From: Phoronis australis
Lineage: Eukaryota > Animalia > Phoronida
Reading direction: 5' to 3'
Length of the DNA stretch: 64,000 bases
Assembly: GCA_002633005.1 (NCBI GenBank)
Contig: NMRA01000360.1
Coordinates: forward strand, 251,065 to 315,064
The translations under genes and the position numbers were made by a program. Shown piece after piece: positions 27,301-42,300 of the stretch. How positions within the stretch are numbered: the first letter of the stretch is position 1; every line of letters starts with the position of its first letter. The notes beneath the pieces are model-generated. The model saw nothing but the letters and a program-made list of their open reading frames with translations, was not told the DNA's origin and made no database searches.

Positions 27301-30300
27301 TGGAGGGATTAGACCGTTAGTGGTTCTGGTTCGCCTAAATTGATAATTTAATAATGTCTTTGTATTCTTTTCATGCAGGAGGTACTTAGGCCCATCAACA
27401 TAGTTGCGCTGCTTGTAAACAATTCAACGAGCATAACACAAACACATGAAATTTGGGATACAAAATGCGAGTCATTTTTGTGCTTGCATCGCAGAATCGT
27501 TCAGTTGCCCGGTATCACAGTCTTAGACTGTTTCTCAAGCAGCTGCGGCAGTTACAGAATGATTTTATCTGTCTCTTTTTCTTTAGTCTGTCGCAAAGTG
27601 GGTAAACCAGCTAACTATCAAATATTGAAACAACACACTGATCCATTGAAGTTATTTTGTTACCTGAAACAATAAATATATCGAATCTTCTGTATGCTCG
27701 TTGAATTGAACACAGTGACGGTTTTCGTAAGTTGGGTTTATGTGTTATCCTTTAGAGTGGATCTTGAATTCCTGTTTCAACATTTTCATGTGCATAACGA
27801 ACCCCCCTAAAACTCAAATGTTTGAAGCCCAGTTTTACCTATTAAAAGCTTCCTTAATCTTGCTATATTAAAAGTGCTCCATGCTTTGTTAGTAAATAGA
27901 GCAATACTCTAATTCCCTTGGTTTGAAGATGGGGTTTACCATTTCATTTATGCATGCGCATTGCAAAGTATTAATATAAGCATACCTAACATTACTTCTG
28001 TGGTTAATACGCTGTCAGAAATGTCAGCTTTTTGGTTTTGGTATCTCATGGCATGACCTTTAACCCGGTTGTCATTTGCATGCTGGTGTCTGACTTGACG
28101 TGGATTTGTATATGCATTATGTCGTTAGTGCGTGTTCTTCACTATAGGTTCAGGCTGTAAGCATGATCTAGTCGAAAAACCTTTTGTGCTCTGTGTACTG
28201 ATTCACAAGGTGGTGAGATAAGAGAACCTAGGAACTTGAAATTCACCGAGTGGTGCCACTGAAACAGTCATACTTATGAAACTACTCTCAGTTACACCCA
28301 GGTCACGTGGGATCACTATCACAAAAGTACTACCATCTTTGTGAACAGTTTTCTTGTAATAACCTGATGAAGGTTGTACCCATTAGGCTAGAAAGCTCAT
28401 GGTTTTTATGCTGCGCCCACATTATTACGTATGTGGTTGCATATTGTCGTCATATTGTTCGACCGTCTAATTTTTAGCTTGTCCGGTTTTCTGAGATTTC
28501 ACTCAATACCTCGAAAACCCCTGGTCAGATTTTGATGGAATTTGCCACAAGGGTGTAGGGCAGCACTAGAACGGTTCATGCTACTTTTCAATCTGCCCTG
28601 CCCCGGGCCCTGAGAGGTCAGAGTGAGAGAGGGTGTCTTTTCAGTATCTTGGGAGCAAGAGCGCTTCAGTATGATATCTAGAGAACAGATTGGTAGATTT
28701 CAGTGAAACTCGTCACAAAGGTATGTGATATAAATGCGCTGGCACAACATTAGATTTTCGGGTATATTCGACTACTGCAACATCTAGAGGCCGTTTTGTT
28801 CTCGACAAGGCCTTTTCAAGTGTTGTTTGGGGGAAGAACGTTTCCAGATGATATGTAGAGAACCAATGGATGGATTTTATTGAAAATTGACTCAGAGGTA
28901 TATTACGAGATTGCACCAGCACCATTTGATTTTTGGACAGATTCAACAACTGTGGCACCACCTAGTGGCATTTTTGTGTGAGAGTTTCCATATGATATGT
29001 AGATGACCAAGTGTAGGATTTCAATAAAAGTTGACACTGAGTTTTCTGATGGCAATTCATGTCTCGTACTGGGCCCTCTAGTGGTCTTTTTATTATTTTT
29101 GTGTCTTTGCTGTCTGTCTCCTTGTCTTCCAAATTGCTTGAAGAATCACGATTAAAGGTGGCACCTGTGTTCCTATGGAGGAGAGCGTTAGTGTCATGTT
29201 TTGTGCCTTGTAGAGGCTAATATTGCTCCCTCTAGGAGGAACGCAGTGATCATTTCTTGTTGAATCTGCACTGTATGCGATGCACATGATGGGTGCTCTT
29301 GTCTCTGTTAGCGCCACCTAGTGAATGTCAAGTTGCCTTGTGTCCAAGCTCAATCCCACAGATTTACAAGGTGCAAACCATAACCATGAACATTAATCTT
29401 GGTTTTTAACAACCATGTGGCCCTTCCCCTGTGTGGTGAATTATTTAATATTGAAATTATTGATATATTTGAGTTATCTTGCAAAAATGAGCTTGTTTAT
29501 CATGATAAATTTCATTATGTCCAGTTCGCAAGTATATTTCTTCGATAGCATGAAATATATTAAGTAACAAAACAGTTTTGCCTAAATTGGCTATAATGCA
29601 AAATTTGCTGTCAGTGTTGCTTTTCAGAATATCAAAAAACGCTCACAAATGAAAAACTCCGTGTGTTTCTGCAAATTGACTTGGAAGAGTTGCTACAATC
29701 CTCTCAATGCCCCTGTTTCATGATTTCCTTTCAAAGAAGAATCTTTCCCTCTGTGTTTTTGGCAACTCGTGAAATGAGCTTCAAGAAACTAGCTGTTGCG
29801 CTTGTTCATCTTTCTCGGCTTAGACTGATCCTTTGTCATTATTGAAAAGAGTGGAAGAATATTGTAAAATGGTTTCTTACACATTTTTTGTGAAAATCAT
29901 TTTTTTAAATTGAAAATTATTTTTTTGAATCAGTGTGCTCTTAGCTTGGCCAATATTCTTCCTAGCAAAGAAAAAATGGTTAGTTTATTATTTAGTAAAA
30001 TTTACATCAATTCTGACATAGTTTATTTATCATTTTACTTTAGTTTGCAACATAATTGCGCAGATTGAAGTGATTATCCAATATTTTGTGAGATCACAAT
30101 TTTCCCCATCTAATTTTGCAGAGGTACGAAGTATCGTTCTCCATGTTGGAGATCTACAATGAACAAGTGCGTGACCTGTTGTCCAAAGACAATCCTAAAG
30201 GTGGCTTACCTGTGCGACAAAACCCCAAACTTGGCCTCTTTTACGTCCAAGGTCTAAAGGCAGTGCCTGTCGGTAGCTATGCAGAAATTGAGAAGAGAAT

Positions 30301-33300
30301 GGAACAAGGTAATCATATTCATTAGGTTATGTGATATGGCCAACAGATGGCGTGCTAGCACATTTCCCAGCCACGTAGAAATTTACATATTCATATGCAA
30401 GGCAGTCATTCTCTTGAATTGCTCTCAGTCAGAAGGTTTACTATTTATTTTTCCTCTTAACTGATTTTTCTCTGACCTAGCCTTGTGAGTAATTCTAAGT
30501 ATGGTTCACTTCACAGTAAGCCATATGCTAATTTGTGAATGCTTCTGCTTTTGAAATCAACCAATATATTGACTTTACCACATTGATAAAATCTCAAATG
30601 TCGGAGTCTTAACATATAGTAATGCTCTAAGTATTCCGCAACTTAGTTCAGAGGTTGTTTACCCTAGATGGCGTCTGTGTGCAAATTGATTGTGACAGAA
30701 ATAGCTTTTTTACAGCAGCAACATGTGTTGTGACCAAGTTAATAGCAGAACCATTCTTCTTGTAGACATGATTATTTCCTCAGACAAGCACTGTGTGAAT
30801 TGCTAGATTCTACGAGATTATGAATAATTATGAAGTCATACACTACTAAATGCTTGATATGTCCTAGCATAGTTTCAGATTTTTAATGCAAATTATTAAA
30901 AAAATACTAATTAAGATAAAAATTCTATTTGTAGCACAAATAATTGCTAAAATTGCCATATTTCTATTTTTCTGAGTCTTACCACATAATTGCAAATGTT
31001 CAAAATTTTACCAAATATTGCTGGGTAAAACTGTGCACTATTCGTTTTCAGGCACCGCCCATAGAACTGTAGCCTCGACACAAATGAATGCAACCAGCAG
31101 TCGAGCTCATACCGTGGTCACAATTACATTCAACCAAATCTCTAAGAACGCTGAAGGGCAAGAGACGAAGAAGAGTAGTGTTATGAATCTAGTCGACCTG
31201 GCAGGGTCAGAGCGTGCAGACAGCACGGGGGCGACTGGAGACAGGCTGAAAGAGGGCGCCAACATCAACAAGTCCTTGTCAGCACTTGGCAATGTCATTT
31301 CTGTGAGTTATCCTGCTGTTGAGATATTTGAACCTGTATCACCTCATAGCAAATTGCCCTATGCTGATGTTAACTGATATCGACAAAACCTGATACCAAT
31401 GTTGTCTGACCTCATAAGTGAGTCGTCATGGTCAGAAATCAAATTGCCTGATATTGATATCGCTTAATACTACATTCGAATAAATATCACAATTTCATAC
31501 CCATGTAAATTGTCTTTCTATGAAATGTAAACCCACACTTTGAAGAAATATTACAAAAGTATGAGTCATACATTGATGTGTAATTTGGAATCTGTCTAGA
31601 GCAATGGTATGGGTGTCAAGTACATGTTAGGAATGGATTCATTTTTCTTTTCTTATGTTTTATGAGCTCCAACAAATAATGCAATCATGTTAGTAGGACA
31701 CATGGACACTCGTGTTTGTAAGGTACATAGCCATAACACATATGTATACATATACTTATACACATCTGTAAATTTCTTGAATTGTATACAGTTTACATGG
31801 AAGACAGCATGGCCTCTTACTGACATGTTTAACATTTGTGAAGATAAGGTTATACAGTATAGTTAAGATTTCACATGTTTCATAATTATTATTTTCTTTT
31901 GTCTGGTCCGCTGGAAATGAGTGCAATCTCCAAATGTAAAATCTTCATTCTTGTTATACTTAACAGTGGTTGCTCTTACCTTTTCCAGGCTCTTGCTGAT
32001 CTATCCATGGGAAAGAAAAAAGTGATGGTACCATACAGAGACTCTGTCCTTACCAAACTATTGCAGAATGCCCTCGGTGGTAACAGGTATGATTTTATTT
32101 TCAAGGTAAATTAGTCAAAACATTAAAGTTTGCCATTGAAAGAATTTTGGGGTGACGTGAAATTGTGGTCGCGTCACACATGGTATTTCAATCATGGTAT
32201 CTCGCCATTACTATCAGTACAAACTTTGTGTTAGAAGTGGAATACAGGCTAAAAAAATCTGATAAATTCTATTTCCTCATTGCTAGAATGTCCTGTTGTA
32301 ACTGGTTGTTCTAGCTACTCTGGTAGTCACTTAGTAGTCATGACAGGCAATTTCACTTGCACTCAGCAGTCTTGAGGGACTTAATAGGGTCACTTTGTCT
32401 GATTATTGTTGGTGTGTACTGGAGTCTGAAAAGAAGACTTGTCACTGGAAACAATACAGTGTTTGTTTTAATGCCGTGCATTTGCTGTAGTGTTTCCTTT
32501 GCCTTGCTGTTGGAGTTAAAGCAGCTGCAAGCATTGGGGGAGTTGATTCCATAGTCCTTTCTCAGATTTCCTCAAAGTTTCATACAATGTCCACTCAAAA
32601 GGTAGTTCTGCGACAAAGTGTTTGTCGTAGAGTTTGAAACCTTTTACAGTTAATATCCAAGCGTCAGCACGAATATCAAGAGAAATATCAGATGAAAATC
32701 TGTTTCTTTGTGATTTCATGGCGGACTCTAATAGCTCAATTTTGAAAGGAAATGCCTTTCTTAGTAACAGGACTACATTTAGTATCCGCATGTCAAGCAA
32801 TGGTGGTTTTGGGAATAGCGAATGTGAAATGACTCCTCGACAGTTTAATAGCGCTCATTATCAGCCTAAGATCTTCCATTCTTCTCTTTAGTAAAACTAT
32901 CATGATCGCCGCCTTGTCGCCGGCCGACATAAACTACGATGAAACGTTAAGCACACTGAGATATGCTGACAGAGCAAAGAAAATCAAAAACAAAGCTGTG
33001 GTTAATGAAAACCCGATGGACAAACTGATCCGTGAACTCAAGGTATGGTTTGGTATAATGATTGGGTGGTGCTAAAGTGTTTTATAAATGCAATTATTGT
33101 CATCGATTTGCAGAAACTTTTCGTTGCCTTTTTCGTATTAGTAATTAAACTCTGAAGGAACAACAGTGGTTAGTGAATAACTACATTGTAAAATACAATG
33201 CTGAAGAAATTCAGGTCTGGTCACTTTTCTTCAATATTATCCATCTTTCAAAAAGGCATGTGATTTATTGTTTTTTTGTGTAAAATAATGAAGTCATTCA

Positions 33301-36300
33301 TGTTCGCAACAAATGTGTCATTCATCTGAAAACATAAGTATCAATCGTGACTAATTCATGTGCAACTGATTTCCATAGTCACAACCAAAATTGTTGATAT
33401 ATTTACACCAACTTTAAAAGTTTTATATTGAAATCATACTCAGGAGGATGAAATTAAATTTCTTCATTGCTTATCTCTGCAGGAGGAGAATGATCGGTTG
33501 AAGAAAGCCATGGAGAGTGGTGGTCTTGTGCAGCAGAAGGCTGGCATGACTCAAGATGGTATGTAGTCTTCAACCGTGTTTGGAAACACTGCTTCAGTGA
33601 AACAGAAAGCCATAATAATTCATTTTGTTTCTCATCGGAGAAGCATGGCTCTTTATAACTTTTGCATGTTAAATTCTTAACAATATTTGAATTTGGGGCA
33701 AGCAGAGCTCACCAGTCCAGGGCTGAATATCGGTCTCCCAACTCAAAACTCAATTTTTGTGCGTTAACATATTTATATGCATGCACATGATGCCATAATT
33801 AACATATATTTATATGCGTGCACATGATCCATAATCCCCGTCTGTCTGGTATCCGTTGCTCTATATCTAAAGCCCTTTGAGGTATGTTAATGAAATTTTG
33901 CGATTGTGTTCCTTTCATGGATGGGGTGGGATGAGCAAACTTTTGGACAGATCCGACTACCGGTGTGCCCCTTGGGGCAATTTTGTTTTTTATGCGCCCA
34001 CATATTTATATGTGGACGCATTATGCCGTCATCTCTGTCCGTCCGTCCGTCCGTCCGGCGTCCGGCGTCCGCTGCTCTATCTCCAAAACCCTTTGACATA
34101 CATTCATGAAATTTGGCACATATGTTCCATTCANTACGTTTACCTCTGTATCTTCAAAGGTCCCCAGCGTATTGTCTAAAAATTTGGCGTATAGGCATCT
34201 ATTAGTGAGATGACCCTATCATCCCGTTTCGGATGGATTTAACATAGTTTGCGCCACCTAGTGGCCATTTTTGTTGTTTTCGAGTCTGTTTTTTGGCATC
34301 CACCCCTCTATCAACCAAATGGCTGTTGGGATGATTGGGAAAATTGGCATGTATGTTCTTAGTACAAAGCTAACGATAATTTTCCGACGACTTCGACTAC
34401 TCTGGTGCCTCCTAGTGGCAGTTTTGTTTTTTTGCCCCCATGGCTGTATCTCCTAAACCATTTGCAGGATCTTTGCTAAACAACTATCGGATGGATCTGA
34501 CTACCAGTGTGCCCCTAGTGGCAATTTTTTTTAGGTTTACCTCAGTCTGTATCTTCAGATTTTCAGAAAATTTGGAATATAGACATCTATCGGTGAGATG
34601 ATGCTATCCTCCCATTTTCGGATGGAATCGAGGTACTTTGCACCACCTAGTGGCCATTTTTCCTGTTTTCGAATCTGTTTTTTGGCGTCCACCCCTCGAT
34701 CAACCAAACCATTCTAAGGATGATTTTGAAAATTGGTGTGTATGTTCTTTGTGTGAAAAAGGCGGTTGACTATAATGAAGTTGACTACTGTGGCACCTCC
34801 TAGTGGTACTTTTGTTTTGTTTAGCTGCATCTCCTTTACACACTGCATGATCTTTATTAAATTTAGTAATTGTTTTTTATGAAGCTAAAGACGACGTCTG
34901 TCAGGCCGATCCAATGAATGCTGTGCCCCATGGTGACAATTTCATTTTTTATGTTGTCTTCGTTTCTCTGAAGTTCCTTCAGTTGACAGATTTTTATGAA
35001 ATTTGGTAAATAGCTTTCTATTAAAGAAGTGATGGCATTTAACCGTTTTCAGATGGATTGGATGTTGTTGCACCGTCTAGTGGCTATTTTTATGTAACAA
35101 ATAAACAACCATAGAAGCACACTGTTTGCGGTGCATTTCAACGCTCCGCGTTGCTCTTGTGGATGGATTCAATGTATTCTGTGCCATCTTATGGCCATTT
35201 TTTTATGATACAAATAAACAACCCTACGAGCACATCGTTTGCATTGTAGTTGTGGGTGCATTTGTACGCTCTGCGTTGCTTTTGTTAATATTAATTTTAG
35301 ATTGCTTTTGGTTTTATGCTGGAGTAGGTTGTGGTTAATACAGATGTACATGAGTCGAACTTGATCTTGTTCACCATATCGAGCTAACTTGAGGTCATTC
35401 TTGACATTTTGAATTCATATTTGAACTCGTTGCTTTAATGTTGGGGTCATCGAGTGCGAAATCGCTTCACGTGCTCATTTACACAAACTACCTTGTGTGT
35501 TAGCGCAAAACCAAAAACATTTCATACTAAATCAGAGCAGAAAATATTGAAAGTGTGTTGCAGTGGAATTCAGGTTTGAGTTTGGAGATTTGATGTCATG
35601 CATTAAGGTGGCATTCCTGCGTCAGTGTATTACTGTTGTTTTTACCAAATAACAGTTTGTTTGACTTTTGGCTTTTGCATAGCACATGCACAAAGTCAAT
35701 GTTGGACTGTTGTTATGTCACTTCAACATACCTCTTAACACAACTGTGCAAATTACAAGATAACTCATGCGAAAAAAAATTTCTTGCAATTGCATTTCCT
35801 AATTAGGAATTTTTTGCCTCATATTTAAGATTTATATTATGAGAATGTTCCTTGATTATCAGTTGGCGTCTTCGATCTTTCATTGGCACTGGCCATATTT
35901 TCTTGCACACAAATGAATATTGTCACTTAAACCTGTTGTCTTTGGTTTCGCATTATTATAGGCTTGTTGAAAGAAGGTAGGTAATGATGTCTACACCAGA
36001 ATTTCCCAGTCTGTACGGTGGTCATTTGTGAATGTGTTCACATTTCTGTCTCGACTGTTTTGATCACTCCTGGTTTTTACAAAAAAGACAGAAGCCTTGA
36101 ACGCGAGGTTGAAAAAATTTTATTGTATTTTGAACAAGTTTACCACGTAGATACAGTTCGTTGCTTTATTCTGTTTAAGTTGGTTAATCAAGAGTAAGAA
36201 ATAATGTGTGTCTTCAATCAACTCTTATGACCTTATGACCCCCTTGGTTATGTTTAGACATGCAAAGCATTGTGGGCATTTAGTGGTTAGTTTAAGTGTT

Positions 36301-39300
36301 GAGGTCATTGTGGCATGAGTTTAACCCTGAGTGGGGCTTCCCCTAACCCTGAGTGGGGTTTCCGGTTTGCGAACTGTCCATTCTCAAACATAAAGTGTGA
36401 GTTTCACTGGATAGAACAGCTCATTTTTGGTGACTGTGTATGAATTGGACGTAGCTCTCATGGATGTAAAACTATCCGCTTCAGAGCATGTGTTTCCACC
36501 TGATTTTGTTTAATTTTAATTTCGTTAAATGTTTTTGACAAGTGGTGTGAATATTGCTGTAGGGGAAAATGCATGTTGATGTTGTCACTCGTAATCATTA
36601 CACAAAATGTTTGTGACGCAAGTTAGGGACTCCAGAGACTGCAAAGTGGACTGCCATGCTATTATCACTAATATGAGTAGGCTAGTTTATCGAGAGAGTG
36701 AAAAGTGAAAAGAAACGTATTTGCTTCAAAAGGCAACCTTCAGCTTAATATGTATAGGCGTGACGTAGAATGTCGTCGACCAATCAAAGACGTGTGTTTC
36801 TCAGATATTTCGACTGTCCTGAATGGGTTAGCTGGCTACGAAATTGCATCGTTTATGATTTAGTCGAAGACTACTTTCCACACTATAAGGTTGGTGTCAA
36901 CTTGCTTTTTACTGAGAAATGAATTCTGGGCTTAGGAAAACTGACCTTTATTATTTGAGGCTAGTGAACTATACACACTGTGACAAACCAACTTGTTGAG
37001 CTTTGCCTGATGAGCAAACATGTATTGTCAGTTCTTTCTAAGCGTAGAACCCTCCTCTAGCCTTTTTACTGAAGGCGAGTTTATAACTGCTTTAAAAAAA
37101 GTTGCGTTCCCACTATGTGATAGCTATGGCTACTCTAACCAGGATCTGAGGTTTCGCATTTTTGTCAGTAGCAACTTAGCAACTGTGACATTAAGAACAT
37201 GTTTTGTAAATTTTAGCGTTGTGGAATTAATCAAATAAATAAGTCCATTTTTCTCATTGCTTCTGCTCAGTAAAAAATTGGTATGCCAACAAATAACTGC
37301 AGAGCATGTCTCTAAACAATTACCCAAGCTCTGACTCAGCAATGCTGTTTATACCAAATTGTTGAAATGTCATTTCTTTTTAAAAATTTTCATTGCTGCA
37401 GTCAGTCCATTATACTTGAAATTGGAGTTGTAAATTCTGAAATATTATTTTTACATTTTTGGCCCTCCCCTTCATTGCAAAAAATCCCTTCTGTGGTCAA
37501 CACTCAAATTAATGTCGTGTTTGTCCCCTCACTCACTGCAAAAATTCTCTCCAGTCAACTCTGATTTTATCTACTACTTCCTGTTGAATATTCCTGGCAT
37601 GCCAGTGATTGTCGGCCATTTTGTATTCTGTATCATCGTACCAACAGACAGTCTTATCGTATCTTTGCGTCTAGCAGTTTCATTTTGCTCGGTGTTCTGG
37701 GAGCTATTCGAATTCTGTATCCCTTCTCTTTTCTAGCAAATGAGATGGGATACCGATAGTGCCCAAAACATTGTGTAATAGGCAACTCAAAAGCTCGCAA
37801 AGTGATGTTAGTGTAACAAAGTTCCTACCTGTATAACTGCATGTGGTCAATTAGTCAAGTGAGACCATTGGTCCACAGATGTCCCTGTGCTGATGAATTT
37901 CTTTTTACTCTCAATCCCATATTCATTTGGACGTCCTATTAAATGTCTAATCACACCCACAACTATTATAACTTTAACTCTTGATGTTATTGAACACTTT
38001 TCTGTTGTGACCTTACTGGTCATAAATATTACACTAAGGTTTTCTGTGACGTTGTGTTTTGTTGTTTACAGAGATGGAGAAGATTCGCCGGGAAATGGAA
38101 GAAGAGATTCGCGCTCAACTGATGGCTAATCAAGAGATGTTGGCATCTTCTAGTGGGGAGAGTTGGGAGTCTAAGGTGAGTGAACTTAAGTGAGCTCTGA
38201 GTGTGAGGGTGCTGCGGCTCAATACTTAACTGTCTCGGAAAAGTCATGGACTTCTATTTACATTATTATGTACCAACCTTTTGTCCATTTCATGAAAAAT
38301 AACTTGAGGCTTTAGCCAGGAATTTTGTTTAACTAAAATCTGAAAATAATTTCATCTCAGTTTAGGAATTAGTTAAAACTTTCTGAATAAATCTAAAATT
38401 GGTAATTAATTAATTACTTTGTGTAAATTATTTCTAAGTTAATGTTTTAACAAATACCTTTCAAAAACTATTTTGTAATGTTGCATACTGGGTGCATAGG
38501 ATCAAATTTCCGACTTAAGCATCAAGTAGGCCTGTTGTGTTAAACAACAAAGACTATGCTCTCAAATAACTAATTTACAAATTCATTGTGTTGCAATCCC
38601 TTAGTGATACTCCAGAATTCTGTTTTAAGTTACAAGCAGCACGTGATGAGAACGATGACACGGAAGGAATGACGTCGCATAACAAACGCAAGTCCAAGGA
38701 GCCCCACCTGATCAACCTGAATGAAGACCCCATGCTGTCAGGGGTCATAGTGCATATCATCAGCAAAGGGGAGACCACCATTGGACGGAAGGATGCTGAC
38801 CCCACAATAGCATTGAGTGGACTGAGGTGGGTGATTGTTTGCTACTTCAGTATTGCTGTGTGGTGTGAACTGCTGACTCACACTTGTGAGGTCAGAGTGC
38901 AAATATTGTGTGTGTTAGCGGACTACTAGCCTTGTGCTAAATTGCTTTTTACCTCCTTCTGCTCTGGTTGACTGTATGAGTACATGAAAGGGTGTGAAAG
39001 AACAAGGATCGGTTGATTGAAGAACGTCACTGAAAGTAGTGTCTACTCAGCGCTGATGAGGTTACGTGGTTCTGTCAGAATATATTGGAAATTGTTTTTC
39101 ATCTAGTTCCAATGGGATCATAGCTAATCTTTTTCTCTCACAAAATCACACTTGCATTCATGCTTGCTGCATCCTTTTTTCAGACTTTGTCACACACTAC
39201 TGTGCTGTTTATTTGTTGTGTTAATGGACACTCGCTCCAACTCATGGTGTAGTCCTGGATTCTCTAAAGATTGTTAGCCTGGGTTAATTGTCTTGATTTT

Positions 39301-42300
39301 ATTTACGCCTGAAGATGAGGCATGATTGGTCTTGAAATACAGCCATATTTGTATTGGAATAATAGTAATGTCTCTTGGTCTTCTATATTCTTGCTTTAGG
39401 AGGGCTGAAGAATATACTAGAAGTTCAAGCGAGTGTCCATTAAAACAATGATTAGACACCTCTGCTGAGCAGAGGGGCTGCTTTCGAAATGATTATTCTT
39501 TTCTCGCAAACGAAATCGTTACAAAGGGTTTTCAGTTGGTTGGAAATATTGCTGTTTTTGTTTGTAAGGTATACTTTTGATGTGATTATTTATTGTGTTC
39601 TTTGCCAGATTGATCTTGTGATCGATGTCAACCTCTGTCAGGGGTTGAATGTTATCCAGCTTTAATAAATACTCCTATTATGTAGTCACTCATTGACCAC
39701 ATTCAATGAAAATCTTGGTGGAATAATGCTTTCCCATATAAAAAAGTACACTGGACTTTCAGATGGGACAGGAATTGAAACTCAACTGAGGTTCATTTGA
39801 GATTCAATTGAAGTTTTTCCCATGTAAATGAATTGATTCTGACCAATTCATTAGCATATATAATAGTCATTCAACTAGAATTCAATAGCCGCTGTTTTAT
39901 TACTAAACAGCAGATAAATAATGGTTTGTTGTTGTGAATCAAAGCAATTTTTATCACTGAAGCATAGATAAAATGCGACATGTCAAAAGTAATTGTTAGG
40001 TAATTGTTGGTAGTAATTTTCTCATTCCTGTTAAATCTTAAAAGTGGTCGAATGACTTTATTCTAGATTAATAACTCTCGACAATTCTTGTGTTTCAGCA
40101 TAAGCAAAAATCATGCATTGATCATCTACAATGATGACGAAATTGTGATCAAACCCTTGGACAAGGGGTCGAAGACCAAAGTGAATGGACAGCCAATCAC
40201 AGGAACTCAGAGTCTAACCCACAAAGACCGTGTCATGTTCGGTAAGTGCAGTCTTGTCATGGCTGTGTAATTGAGTTAGCCATGTTTGACAAGGCTTGAT
40301 AGTGATTCAATTATCATCTATAGCAGTTGCAAACTACCCACACTACCCAAACTACCCACACTACCTGCACTACCCACACTTGGGTCAGTCTGTAAGAAGG
40401 CGACAACACATATATCCAACCAAAACTCACCAGTAATGATGTCACTGGTTCACACCCTGCGATGACAAAACCACAACAGACCCTTTCACACCAATTTAAC
40501 TCCGGTAGTAGAGGAGCATCCATGTAAATTGCCAAATTAGATTACCAACCTTTCAGTAGCCAAGAGACAACGATGCTATTGCAGTTTGTTGCATGGGTCA
40601 TCAAAGTTATCGCATGATGGCACTCCAAGGATAGTAAGCGGCCAGAATTTTCTTATTTTGAAATATCCTATAATGGTCAGATAATAAATGAAATGAGCTG
40701 CTTGTAGTCACTATGGTAACATGATGAATATTAATATTAATACCGCAACTCCTGCCGTAAGTGAATGGGATTCCTGTCAATAACACCAAAAGTAACCTTT
40801 CAGTTCACATCACTCCACTGTTCAATCCACGTATTTAATGTGAAATTTACTCTTAATTTCAATCCAAGCCTGAAGTTGATTGTTCATACCGACCGACACT
40901 TCTCAAAACATTGACGCGTTGCCGTTGGTGTGAAAGGCCCTAATAACCCAGTTGATTTAGCCAGCTCTTGTAAAATACGTGCTGTGTATAGATGACCCTC
41001 TGAGCTATTCATGGTTTACTTCATCCAAGGTGGATAGCAGGTGTTTTGATGTCTATTGACCACATGGGACCTCTCTATTGGAGTTGCGTAGGCCTGATGA
41101 AGTGTTAAAATTTCAGTGCATTGTTACTTCAATGGCACAATATTTATAGTGCGAGTGATTGATGATGCTCGTCCCGATGCCTACCTTTTAATAGTCAAGA
41201 AAACAAACTTTTTATCCTCGAGTAGCAGTCATACTTGGAACTCATGCATTTCTTTGTTGATTCTGAATGCGAGTTACTTAATTATGCGCCCACATATTTA
41301 TATGTGGACGCATTATGCCGTCATGGCCGTCCGTCCGGCGTCCCCTGCTCTGTCTCCAAAACCCTTTGACATACGTTCATGAAATTTTGCGCATATGTTC
41401 CTATCGTGGATAGGAAGGCATTAGCGAATTTTCGGACGGATCGGCCTACAGGTGTGCCCTGTAGTGGCAATTTTAGCTTTTTAGGCTTACCTCTATATCT
41501 TCAAACGTCCTTAACGTATTTTCATAACATTTGGCATATAGGCATCTATTACTGAGATGACGTTATCCTCCCGTTATCAGATGGATTCAACGTAGTTAGT
41601 TTCGAGTCTGTTTTTTTTGGGTTCACCCCTCTATCAACCAAACCGCTCTAAGGATGATTGTGGAAATTGGCATGTATAATTTTATTATGAAGAGGATGGC
41701 TGACAATGATTTTCCGACAATTTCGACTACTGTGGCACCTAGTGGCAGTTTTGTCTCTTTTTGCACTCATGGCTGTATCTCCTAAACCGTTGGCAACATC
41801 TTTACTAAATTCTGCAAGTGTATTTATATGATGTTGGCAATGGATGAGGATGACTTTTGGACGGATCTGACTACCAGTGTGCCCCCTAGTGGCAATTTAT
41901 GTTTTTTACGTTTACCTCTATCTTCAAAGGTCCTCGACCTATTTTCATAAAATTGAAATATAGGCACCTATTAGTGAGATGAAGCTATCCTTCTATTTTC
42001 AGATGGATTTGATGTAGTTTACGCCACCTAGTGGCCATTTTTACTGTTCTTTAGTCTGTTTTTTTGCGTCCAGATCACAGATTTCGTCCATTGAAAATAT
42101 ACAGAGTTGACACTCCACGTACTATAGTCTATAATGCTACACCCACTTTGTCTGCTTGGTACTACATAAGGTGCTTATAGCTGCCTTCTTCTGTGCTCCA
42201 GGTTCTAACCATCACTATGTGTTTGAGAACCCATTGAAGCAAGATGAGGCTAGCCCTGACCTACCGAAGAATATTACTTGGGATTTCGCGCAAAAAGAAA

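Noticed and set aside
25818-27675. Two near-identical ORFs ([11 protein letters not shown]...) suggesting a duplicated small gene
   Set aside because: They simply lie within the 1.55-kb duplicated intronic segment and have no recognisable domain
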